Shown one piece after another: positions 9,455 to 16,295 of a stretch of 32,000 nucleotides of DNA. Made by a program: the position numbers and the translations under genes. The DNA is from Zestosphaera tikiterensis (GTDB lineage: Archaea; Thermoproteota; Thermoprotei_A; Sulfolobales; NBVN01), in assembly GCA_003056265.1 (NCBI GenBank), contig NBVN01000005.1, positions 13,918 to 45,917 on the forward strand, written 5' to 3'. Under the pieces are notes generated by a model. It searched no databases. It was not told where the DNA came from and saw only the letters and a list, made by a program, of their open reading frames with translations. Positions within the stretch are counted from its first letter, which is position 1; the number at the start of each line of letters is the position of its first letter.

Positions 9455-9496
9455 GGGTTGGTTGGGTAGGGTGTTAGGGAGGATGTTTGGGGAGGG
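9455..9496 (+). other. G-quadruplex-type G-run tract
   Basis: GGG runs at 9455-57, 9464-66, 9469-71 and 9477-79 (loops of 6, 2 and 5 nt), then GGGG at 9489-92 and GGG at 9494-96. This satisfies the G3-N1-7 x4 pattern on the plus strand. Confidence 0.6.
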
Positions 9497-9580
9497 CTCT
9501 AGTTTCTAGGATTACCTCTCTAGTATGTTAAATATGTTAAAATAGTAGATAAAACTTATGCTGTTTGATTAGTTTTAACG

Positions 9581-9602
9581 TTAAACACGAATTCGTGTTT
9601 AA
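9581..9602. repeat. 22-bp perfect palindrome TTAAACACGAATTCGTGTTTAA
   Basis: Verified base by base as its own reverse complement. A second small palindrome, TTAACGTTAA, overlaps its 5' edge (9575-9584). Confidence 0.9.
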
Positions 9603-9749
9603 TTGTCTAATCAGAATGCCGAGTTAGATTTCCAGCCCCCAGACCCAGAAAATCTACTTCTCGATAAGAGGGTTGGAAAAGCTAATTGGAGGTCAGATCC
9701 CATGAGTAGATTTTTAGAGCTTACCCCCAGAAAAGCTAATTCCTTCGTA

Positions 9750-9765
9750 AGTGTAAATTTACACT
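9750..9765. repeat. 16-bp perfect palindrome AGTGTAAATTTACACT
   Basis: Verified as its own reverse complement. A degenerate copy of one arm (gtaaatctacactca) lies at 9403-9417. Confidence 0.85.
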
Positions 9766-9862
9766 CAGAAAGTAGAAAGCAGAGCCCCAACCTCCAGCAA
9801 AAAGCTAAGTAAAAGCTAAAACAGAAAGAAGGGGCTAAGGACTGGGTAGGCATGCCTTATCC

Positions 9863-9878
9863 TTGATAAGCTTATCAA
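9863..9878. repeat. 16-bp perfect palindrome TTGATAAGCTTATCAA
   Basis: Verified as its own reverse complement. A degenerate half-copy (ttgataaactta) lies at 9384-9395. Confidence 0.85.
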
Positions 9879-10030
9879 ACCCTCCCCCCACAAACCTAAA
9901 CCCAACACCTAGTTAGAACCTAGTGAATTAAAACCTAAGGCTTACGAAAGCATTTTAGAAGATCCTGAAGTAACTGTGGAGGGCTATAGAGTTAGTAGAT
10001 GAAGGTAAGGTTAAAGACCCTACAGACTTA

Positions 10031-10279
10031 GTGAAATATTTAAAAATAACACTACCTCAAGCTATAGAATTATTTAACGCAATCGCTGAAGCTAAGGGGG
10101 TAAAGTTAGCGTCAACTTTAGAAGCTTCTAAAGAGTTGGAAATCCACATTAAAAAAGCTGAGGAACTCATCCCAAAGATTGAGGAACTCCTCACCAGAAG
10201 CGATGAGCTGAAAAGCCTTTACGACCTCGCGGTATTAACAGATCAGAAACTTCTCTTCTCCACTGCGAGACAGTTGTGA
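10031..10279 (+). CDS. Hypothetical small helical protein (82 aa); the frame continues open past its TGA to 10456
   Basis: The ORF has Lys/Glu/Leu-rich helical sequence and no recognisable motif. See the finding on the in-frame TGA. Confidence 0.4.
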   Translation: MKYLKITLPQAIELFNAIAEAKGVKLASTLEASKELEIHIKKAEELIPKIEELLTRSDELKSLYDLAVLTDQKLLFSTARQL

Positions 10280-10598
10280 TTAAATCTAAGTTGCGCAAAT
10301 AGAGTTGGAGACTTCTGTGAAGTAGAACCGCTTACTGAACGTCAAATAGATTTCCTTGAGGAATTAGTTAAAATCGGGAAAGCAGAAAAAGTAGGTGAGT
10401 CAAGAACAGCAGAAGTTCTTAAAAAATATGGGAGAAGAAGTAATGAAGGAAATTAGTAGAGGAAAATCCTACCCAAGATACCGTATAGACATTAAGAAAC
10501 GTCCATATATATGCACACTCTGCTGGCATTACATCACATCAAAGGAAAAGAAAGATAACGTGCTGAATGTTCGCATATAATTAGTTTTAGATATCTCG

Positions 10599-10651
10599 TA
10601 TAGACAATATATTGTGAATTGCTTTCAATTTTCTAGCTTATATTGTCTATA
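10599..10651. promoter_or_regulatory. 13-bp inverted repeat pair (tatagacaatata ... tatattgtctata) bracketing the start region of the 10643/10661 ORF; possible operator
   Basis: 10599-10611 is the exact reverse complement of 10639-10651, with a 27-nt spacer. The left arm also contains the 12-bp palindrome acaatatattgt (10605-10616). The right arm overlaps the TTG 10643 start and sits 10 nt upstream of ATG 10661. Confidence 0.35.
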
Positions 10652-11158
10652 GGTGGTTTAATGAAGTGGAGGTATTTAAGGAGGTATTATGGGAGGGTGT
10701 TGATTAGGCGTGAGCTTCTGGAGGCTTTCAACTTCGTCTGTAATGAGCTTAAGTTAACTCAACAAGAATGTTTTCTTATGTTGCTGAAGTTATTCACTAT
10801 AGTCAGTAGTTCCTTCGGTAGTGAGAGAATTAAGGAAGTCTCCAACAAATTAAAAGAAAGCTTAAAAAGCGAATTCTCTAACAAAGAAATTGCGGGTTGG
10901 TTGGGGGAGTTTTCCGTAAATCTTTCGGTTATGATTCAGAAGGCGGGTTCTTTAGATCGTTTAACGGAATCTATGAGTAAGTTAATAGAGGAGCAGAGGA
11001 GGGTTTTAAAAGAAAATGATTTATTGAGAACCGTAGCTAAAGAATTAGATTCTATTCTAGAGGAAGCTTTAGACAGGCTTTTTGATTGCGATGAAGATTC
11101 TTGGGTGAGGCTAGATGATAGGAGAGATGAGGTTAAAAAGAGAGCTAAACTCCTCTAA
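10643..11158 (+). CDS. Hypothetical coiled-coil protein (probable start ATG 10661)
   Basis: The 171-aa ORF is rich in charged and helical sequence (LIEEQRRVLKENDLLRTVAKELDSILEEALDRL). No catalytic motif was recognised. Confidence 0.5.
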   Translation: MSIGGLMKWRYLRRYYGRVLIRRELLEAFNFVCNELKLTQQECFLMLLKLFTIVSSSFGSERIKEVSNKLKESLKSEFSNKEIAGWLGEFSVNLSVMIQKAGSLDRLTESMSKLIEEQRRVLKENDLLRTVAKELDSILEEALDRLFDCDEDSWVRLDDRRDEVKKRAKLL

Positions 11159-11309
11159 CCTTCAGCTATAACAACTACGCTCATATCGTTGTTAATGTTT
11201 CAGCTTCTTCTAATTGGAGGAGGATTTAAAGCTTAGCTTTATGAAGGACTTAGCTTCTATAGTCAAAGTTCATATGGGTTAAGGAGTGTTTATTTTAGGG
11301 GGTTGAGAA

Positions 11310-12560
11310 TTGCTTAAATTACTCGCTGTTGCCAATCCTTTCCCATGGAGTGGGGGTAATTACAGAGCTATGAAGTCTTTAATAAATTACCCATCGTTTG
11401 GGATTAAACCTTATTTACTCTTACCTTCTGTTGATTATGAGTCTTACGACGTTAACTTTATCTCAACGCTTGTAGCTAAAGGTGTTGACGTTGTTGGGTG
11501 TTTAGGTTATAATCCTAAGGGTGTTATTACTGCGAGAATTCGAGCTTTGCTACACCCCCTCATACCTAAGGTTTTAACTCACGTAAATCTAAAAGACCTT
11601 CCCTCCGATGTTAATGCCGTTCTTTCTTTTCATGAATTTTGGGAGGCCTTGTGGGTTACGCAATTCGTAGCGTCTAAGATGGGGAAGCCGTCAATAGCTG
11701 TTTTACAGCTTCCCCCGTTTTACGCTTCTAAGAATAGATTGAGGGCATTACGTCAAGCAATTAAAATCTACTATAACAGCTTATACGGTAGCAACAACAT
11801 TAAGGGAGTCGTAACTCGAACGTACTTAAATGCTTTAAACATGTTGCATAGCCGTAGATCTGCGGGCATCTTAAAGAAATACAGCTTCATCATCGGTATC
11901 AGTAAGGCAATATGTGTGGAGACAGGCCTTAACCCATCGAGCAGAGTTTACTGTATGGATCCCGGTGTTACGTTAGATGATGAAGACCTTAAATTAATTA
12001 ACGAAGTTCGCGATAGGTTTAGAGAGAAAAAGAATTACGTGGTTTTTGGTGGTAGGCCCGCTGTAGATAAAGGTATTGCTGAAGGTCTTCTAGCATTTAA
12101 GAAAATCACTGAACGCTTTAATAGCTGTAAACTATATATTACTGGTAAAGTTCGTAGCCGTGTGGTCAACCGACTTCTCAAGTTTGCTAAAAGACTCAGT
12201 ATAGAAGATAAGATCGTTTTCGCAGGATTCATCCCTAGAAAGGAGCGATTTAGGATTGTTAGAGAAGCTAAGCTCGTACTCTACCCAAGCCACGTAGATG
12301 GTTTTCCATACGCTATCGCTGAAAGCTTACTTCTAAATACACCAGTCGTTGCCTATGATATCCCCGCTATAGATATATATTACAGAGGTTTAGAAGGAGT
12401 TAAGATTGTTAAAGAGCTTGACGTGAACGCCATGGTGGATGAAGCAATAAATATTCTGTCCAGCAATAAAGTTGAAGTCGAAAAACCTAAACTTAGATTA
12501 TGGAACGAGATTATAGAGGAGGAGATAAACCTTATAAAGCATGTCGCAAGTAAGTCTTAG
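11310..12560 (+). CDS. Glycosyltransferase, GT4 family
   Basis: The C-terminal half has VVFGGRPAVDKGI and PSHVDGFPYAIAESLLLNTPVVAYD, the E-x7-E / G-x-P-V-V region of GT4 retaining transferases. It uses a TTG start. Confidence 0.8.
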   Translation: MLKLLAVANPFPWSGGNYRAMKSLINYPSFGIKPYLLLPSVDYESYDVNFISTLVAKGVDVVGCLGYNPKGVITARIRALLHPLIPKVLTHVNLKDLPSDVNAVLSFHEFWEALWVTQFVASKMGKPSIAVLQLPPFYASKNRLRALRQAIKIYYNSLYGSNNIKGVVTRTYLNALNMLHSRRSAGILKKYSFIIGISKAICVETGLNPSSRVYCMDPGVTLDDEDLKLINEVRDRFREKKNYVVFGGRPAVDKGIAEGLLAFKKITERFNSCKLYITGKVRSRVVNRLLKFAKRLSIEDKIVFAGFIPRKERFRIVREAKLVLYPSHVDGFPYAIAESLLLNTPVVAYDIPAIDIYYRGLEGVKIVKELDVNAMVDEAINILSSNKVEVEKPKLRLWNEIIEEEINLIKHVASKS

Positions 12561-12561
12561 G

Positions 12562-12900
12562 GTTGAAGACACAAATGTAGAGTTATATAAGGAATGTTTA
12601 ATCCACTTGACCTTAAGGGTTTTAAAGAGTAGTAAAAGTTGTACTTATTATTCAGTTTCAGTGATGGACCTTCAATATATGGGTTTGTGTTGATTTTAGC
12701 TGAGGAGCTTGGGGTCGATAGAGCTCTTGTGAGGCCTGCGGCTTTAAATGACGTAAGGCTTATAGCCAGGAGGCCTAAGGATTCAAGTCTTAACGTATCT
12801 AAAGCTGTGGGGGGAGGGTTTAGCATTACCTCCTGTGAGGGCATGTATGAGGGACTTCATTAAAGCCTACAAAACAATGGTTGAGGATGTGAAGGTGTAG
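12562..12900 (+). pseudogene. rfbD: Remnant of dTDP-4-dehydrorhamnose reductase (C-terminal third only, frameshifted)
   Basis: ORF 12639..12863 reads ...SIYGFVLILAEELGVDRALVRPAALNDVRLIARRPKDSSLNVSKA..., the conserved RmlD C-terminal block (A-x-R-P-x-x-S-x-L). The expected tail (DFIKAYKTMVEDVKV*) continues in another frame to 12900. No Rossmann N-terminal domain is present upstream. Confidence 0.55.
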
Positions 12901-13038
12901 GGAAATGCCTTTCGAATTGTTTAAACGGTTGGATATTCCAGATATAGTTGAAGATGTTAGAGGTTTCTTTAATGACGTGGTCCTATATTAATTGGGAGGG
13001 AATGTTTAATAGCTCTGTTCGCGACTTTAAGTCATGAG

Positions 13039-13401
13039 GTGAATAGTGTGGGCCATGTAAGGGAGCTTATAAAGCTGTATCACCGTGGTAGGTCTCTGAG
13101 CGTTGAAGCGTTGATAGATACAGGTGCTACGACTCTTGTTCTACCCAGGAGGGTGGCAGAGGAGCTCGGTGCTGAGGTGCTGGGGGAGATGGATGTGGAG
13201 CTGGCCGACGGAACGATTAGGAGGGTGCCCTACACAGTTGTAGAGGTCGAGCTAGGCGGCAGGAGGGGTCCTCTTCTCGCCGCAATAGTTGAAGGTGGAG
13301 AGGTATGCGTAGGGGTGGAAGCTTTGGAGAGGCTTGGCCTAGCCGTAGACCCAGCGACAGGGAGAATACACCCAACGAGAAGATTTGTAACAAGGCTTTG
13401 A
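13039..13401 (+). CDS. Retropepsin-like (clan AA) aspartic protease, small single-domain type, canonical D-T-G-A motif
   Basis: ALIDTGATTLVLP carries the catalytic D-T-G-A. LADGT and GVEALERLGLAVDPATG match the flap and C-terminal strands of the AF_0612-like archaeal clan AA family. The probable start is GTG 13048 (MGHV...). The gene is markedly GC-rich: 37/60 G+C in 13201-13260. Confidence 0.7.
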   Translation: MNSVGHVRELIKLYHRGRSLSVEALIDTGATTLVLPRRVAEELGAEVLGEMDVELADGTIRRVPYTVVEVELGGRRGPLLAAIVEGGEVCVGVEALERLGLAVDPATGRIHPTRRFVTRL

Positions 13402-13519
13402 GGGGATCTCAACTCAGTTGTTAAATGGGGCCCACTTCAGGTGGAGCGGTTCCGATAAGCAGTTAAAGACTAGTAAAGAGGAAATGCTTTGAGGAAGTAC
13501 CGATTCCGGAGGGAGTTAA

Positions 13520-13750
13520 ATCGCTATACTATGTGACGACACCCTCAGCGGTGTAGCTAGTAGAGATGGTAGAGGTGAGGTGCTGCGCAGGATCTGTATA
13601 AAGCTTCTCGAGCGCGACCCAGGCATATTTGAGGTTGCGCTCTTCAGCTCATCGATATATGAGCCGGAACTCTCCAGAGACGTCGATCCGCTTACGGTCT
13701 CCTCGAAGTCGCTTACGGGAGTTCTGCCCCCCTCAGGAACTCCGAGGTAA
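13520..13750 (+). pseudogene. Possible decayed minimal nucleotidyltransferase (MNT) fragment
   Basis: A 76-codon open stretch without an ATG reads ...ICIKLLERDPGIFEVALFSSSIYEPELSRDVDPLTV... This mirrors the MNT core L-F-G-S-x-x-x-G-x(5)-S-D-x-D-L-L, but with both Gly replaced. It competes with the listed minus-strand ORF 13516..13794, which has a low-complexity Ser-rich translation. Confidence 0.3.
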
Positions 13751-13963
13751 CCAATAGATTTATTTGCTGAGTATACAGCATCAGTAAGCATCACAACAAT
13801 TAAAGGACTGAAATAATCATGGAAAAACGCTACAGCCCCCTAAGGGTGAGGAGGAGGTCAGGACATGTGTTCTCTAATGTTAACTTAAAATACCATAGCG
13901 CTATGCTTTACGTCTTTCCATGGTTGCGGACCAGCATCAAACATTTAAATTCGAGCTTGACTA

Positions 13964-14350
13964 ATGTATTCAGGGTCTGAGTTAACCATGGGACATACGA
14001 TGGCTAGGGTGAAGCTATATAATCCATATGACCTATCGAAGCATGCTGAACTGAATCTGCTCGTAGATACTGAAAGCACATATACCTGGGTTGGGCGTGA
14101 GGTGTTAGAAAAACTTGAGGTTAGGCCTACGGCTAGATGGAGATTTAGAGCTATTGATGGTAGAATAGTTGAGAGGGATATAGGTGAAGCTGTTATTGAA
14201 TGCCTAGGTGAGAAAGCAACTAGAATAGTTGTCTTTGCTGAAAGAAACGACACGGAAGTTCTCGGTGTTGATGCTTTAGAAGGACTTAGACTAGAGGTAG
14301 ACCCGACAACAAGGCAACTTAAAAAGATAGAAGCATTACTAGCTCTATAA
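13964..14350 (+). CDS. Retropepsin-like aspartic protease paralog with variant active-site motif D-T-E-S
   Basis: LLVDTESTYTWV, AIDGR and GVDALEGLRLEVDPTT align with the two neighbouring paralogs. The probable start is ATG 13988 (MGHT...). Confidence 0.65.
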   Translation: MYSGSELTMGHTMARVKLYNPYDLSKHAELNLLVDTESTYTWVGREVLEKLEVRPTARWRFRAIDGRIVERDIGEAVIECLGEKATRIVVFAERNDTEVLGVDALEGLRLEVDPTTRQLKKIEALLAL

Positions 14351-14852
14351 ACATCTACAACTTTCTTTCATAGATCCCGGTTTTTAGCACTCTTCCCCAT
14401 GTTTCAAACAATTCTCCTTTCATGGAACCCGATAAAGTTGGCATAGAGCCTTTCGTTGAATTGAATAAAGTTAAATGTTTAGACTCCTTAGCTGTTTATC
14501 CAAGAGTGGTTTTGACTATCATTTATAGTTGCCACCCTCGGATTCATTACGGTCTCTTCAAGCCCATCACTGCAGTTCATCCCAGATCTCTGAAACCTAG
14601 AATCGTTAAATTATCGTTGTAGATAAGGTTTATAAGCTTTAAGACGCTCATAAAAAGGCTGAAGCTATCCTGAAAAACGCCACGCCCTCATCGGGGTAAG
14701 TCACGAATTAGTTCCCGCCATCAGCCCCTAGAATGTGTGGTTTTCTCATCCCTTACTACGGTTATCTAAACCAACACAACAATTATTGAAGTTGCGAAAA
14801 GTTTATAAATGTCTACTCCGGCTAAATAGCGAAGCCTAAGACTTAAATACGG

Positions 14853-15242
14853 GTGGTTAATGTGGGTTTTGTATATGTTGACGTTATTGTTCATGGGGTT
14901 GGGATGTCGAGAAGTATTAAGATGCTCGTTGATATCGGCTCTACCTACATAGTTCTTAAGCCGGATGTTATTAAGGAACTTAACCTTTACGAAACACCTT
15001 ATACGGCTGAGGTAACTTTAGCTGATGGGAGGAAGGTTAGAACTAAGCTGTATTTAGCTGAAGTTGAGGTTAAGGGTAGGAAGGGACCTGCTTTCATAGT
15101 TGAGCTAGACACACCAACACCCCTACTAGGAGTTCACGCACTTGAAACCTTAGGCTTTCGAGTCAACCCCGGAACCGGTGAAGTAGAGGAGATATCACCG
15201 GAAGGAGGATACCTACTTAACCAACAAGCCAAAGAAACATAG
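14853..15242 (+). CDS. Retropepsin-like aspartic protease paralog with variant motif D-I-G-S
   Basis: MLVDIGSTYIVL, LADGR and GVHALETLGFRVNPGTG match the same family. It has a GTG start, with an alternative GTG at 14862 giving MGFV... It is AT-rich: 22/60 G+C in 14941-15000. Confidence 0.65.
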   Translation: MVNVGFVYVDVIVHGVGMSRSIKMLVDIGSTYIVLKPDVIKELNLYETPYTAEVTLADGRKVRTKLYLAEVEVKGRKGPAFIVELDTPTPLLGVHALETLGFRVNPGTGEVEEISPEGGYLLNQQAKET

Positions 15243-15512
15243 CATATACGTTGAATCCCACCCACGTCTTACGGCTGACCATCACCACTTTCAAGAAGTT
15301 CTTCATAGATAACTTCAAAACAGTTAACCCCTACGCAGGCAGCTCACATCATGGGTGAGATTCCCTACTAGGTTAACGTAGGGGTTTAATTGTTGAGAAC
15401 CTTCTCACGAATACCTACCTATAGAGTTCGTTGAAACCCGCGGTACCTCTATATCCTGTCATTCATGTTTCATTATTTTTATGTAGTAAGTTATGAATTC
15501 TGTATTGTATAG

Positions 15513-15777
15513 ATGATGCGCTTGAGTTACGTAACTGTTTCAGCTAGGATCAGGAGGGAGCCTTACGAAATCTTAGGAGGTATGGAGTAGTTATTAGCTA
15601 TGTTATCATGAAGGTTTTAGAGGAGGAAGTTATGAAGAGGGATAATGAGGAAGTTATGAAGGCGTTAAGGAAGGCTCAGAAGATATTAGCGAAGATACCG
15701 CCGGAGGAGATAGTTAACGTGATAAGGAGTAGTCGTGAGGAAAGATGAAGCGAGTTTACGATCCTTCACACTACTAA
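15513..15777 (+). pseudogene. Decayed vapBC-type module: frameshifted RHH-like antitoxin plus a 10-codon stump of the toxin gene
   Basis: Frame 1 gives MMRLSYVTVSARIRREPYEILGGME* (15513-15590). A second frame, open from 15548, gives ...LRRYGVVISYVIMKVLEEEVMKRDNEEVMKALRKAQKILAKIPPEEIVNVIRSSREER* and ends at 15748. Together they resemble the intact antitoxin at 16020, which has the same ...IR..REER tail. An ATGA-overlapping ORF, MKRVYDPSHY*, stops at 15777. Confidence 0.45.
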
Positions 15778-16019
15778 TACCTATAAATATTACAATGCTT
15801 ACGCTGTACGAGAAGGCTAACCCATTCCCGCCCTGAAGGGTGGGGTTCCTTTAGAAGGTTCATCAGTTTGCATCCTGTTTTTAAAAGATAAGCTGGACAA
15901 GCTTACGAGGGGAGCTATCAGCTTTCGTTGGCTGGTAATCTACCTCAATAAGTAGATCGCTTATGCTTGAAATGCTTATATTACTTACTTCGGCATGCTC
16001 TATATAGGAGGTATGTAGG

Positions 16020-16295
16020 GTGGTTAAGGTTAAGACTAGCATATACGTGGATAGGGAGTTGTGGGAGAGGTTTAAGAAGTATGCGTTACGGAGGGGTGTG
16101 GAGGTTAGTAAGCTTCTTGAAGATATGGTTAGAGACGAAATGATTGAAGAAATTTTGGATGAGGCGTTGTTGAGTATGGTTGGTTCGGAGGATTACGAGA
16201 TAGATTTCAAGCCTATCAAGCCTAGAGAAGGTCTTGTAAGCGAGTTGATTAGAGTTGCGAGGGAAGAAAGAGCTAGCGATATACCTAGACAGTAG
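16020..16295 (+). CDS. vapB: VapB-type antitoxin (ribbon-helix-helix-like N-terminus)
   Basis: MVKVKTSIYVDRELWERFKKYALRRGVEVSKLLEDMV is a typical beta-strand plus two-helix RHH start. The gene overlaps the downstream PIN gene. Confidence 0.7.
   Translation: MVKVKTSIYVDRELWERFKKYALRRGVEVSKLLEDMVRDEMIEEILDEALLSMVGSEDYEIDFKPIKPREGLVSELIRVAREERASDIPRQ

Noticed and set aside
9457-9469. Exact 13-mer gttggttgggtag, shared in reverse complement with the MITE at 22186-22198 (ctacccaaccaac), which might mean the ORF-free region is another decayed IS copy
   Set aside because: A single 13-mer match between two places in a 32-kb window on both strands is expected by chance (order of ten such matches). 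The surrounding similarity is too weak to call by eye.
9603-9853. Mutually antisense ORFs 9603..9812 (+) and 9611..9853 (-) in the palindrome-rich region
   Set aside because: They overlap each other almost completely. Neither translation looks protein-like (Pro/Ser/Lys/Gln-rich or Phe/Leu/Cys-rich), and the long palindromes lie inside them. I treated the region as non-coding.
8366-10030. Chromosomal replication origin (ORB elements plus AT-rich unwinding region)
   Set aside because: There is no orc1/cdc6 gene nearby, and I could not find repeated ORB or mini-ORB-like dyads with a G-string (TTCCA...GGAAA...GGGG). The palindromes present are all different from one another.
10395-10580. 61-aa ORF MSQEQQKFLKNMGEEV...
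   Set aside because: It overlaps the open continuation of the 10031 frame, which looks more protein-like (HTH-like). I kept it only as a low-probability alternative, with no motif beyond a C-x-x-C-x-H.
12557-12844. 95-aa minus-strand ORF
   Set aside because: It lies opposite the RmlD-like remnant, whose plus-strand translation shows the conserved A-x-R-P-x-x-S-x-L block. The antisense product is Ser/Leu/Pro-rich without features.
13516-13794. 92-aa minus-strand ORF
   Set aside because: Its translation is Ser-rich and featureless, whereas the opposite strand shows a degenerate NTase core. I have low confidence in either reading, and the ORF itself is not reported as a CDS.
13973-13980. Another gggtctga 8-mer just upstream of the second protease gene, resembling the IS right-end terminus
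   Set aside because: It is only an 8-mer with no flanking similarity to the IS ends, which is consistent with chance.
14422-14622. 66-aa plus-strand ORF between the second and third protease paralogs
   Set aside because: It has no motif and an odd composition, and it lies in what appears to be decayed spacer. I found no support for coding.
15324-15389. tRNA-like structure: a 10-12-bp stem (ttaacccctacg / cgtaggggtttaa) enclosing a 5-bp stem with the 7-nt loop AUCAUGG (U33-CAU-purine, Met-like anticodon loop)
   Set aside because: There is no acceptor stem, D-arm or GTTCRAATC-type T-loop. The candidate T-arm would have a 9-nt loop. A 10-bp stem with a loop of up to 50 nt is expected about once per window by chance. 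At most it could be an att-site or tRNA fragment, and I cannot support that.
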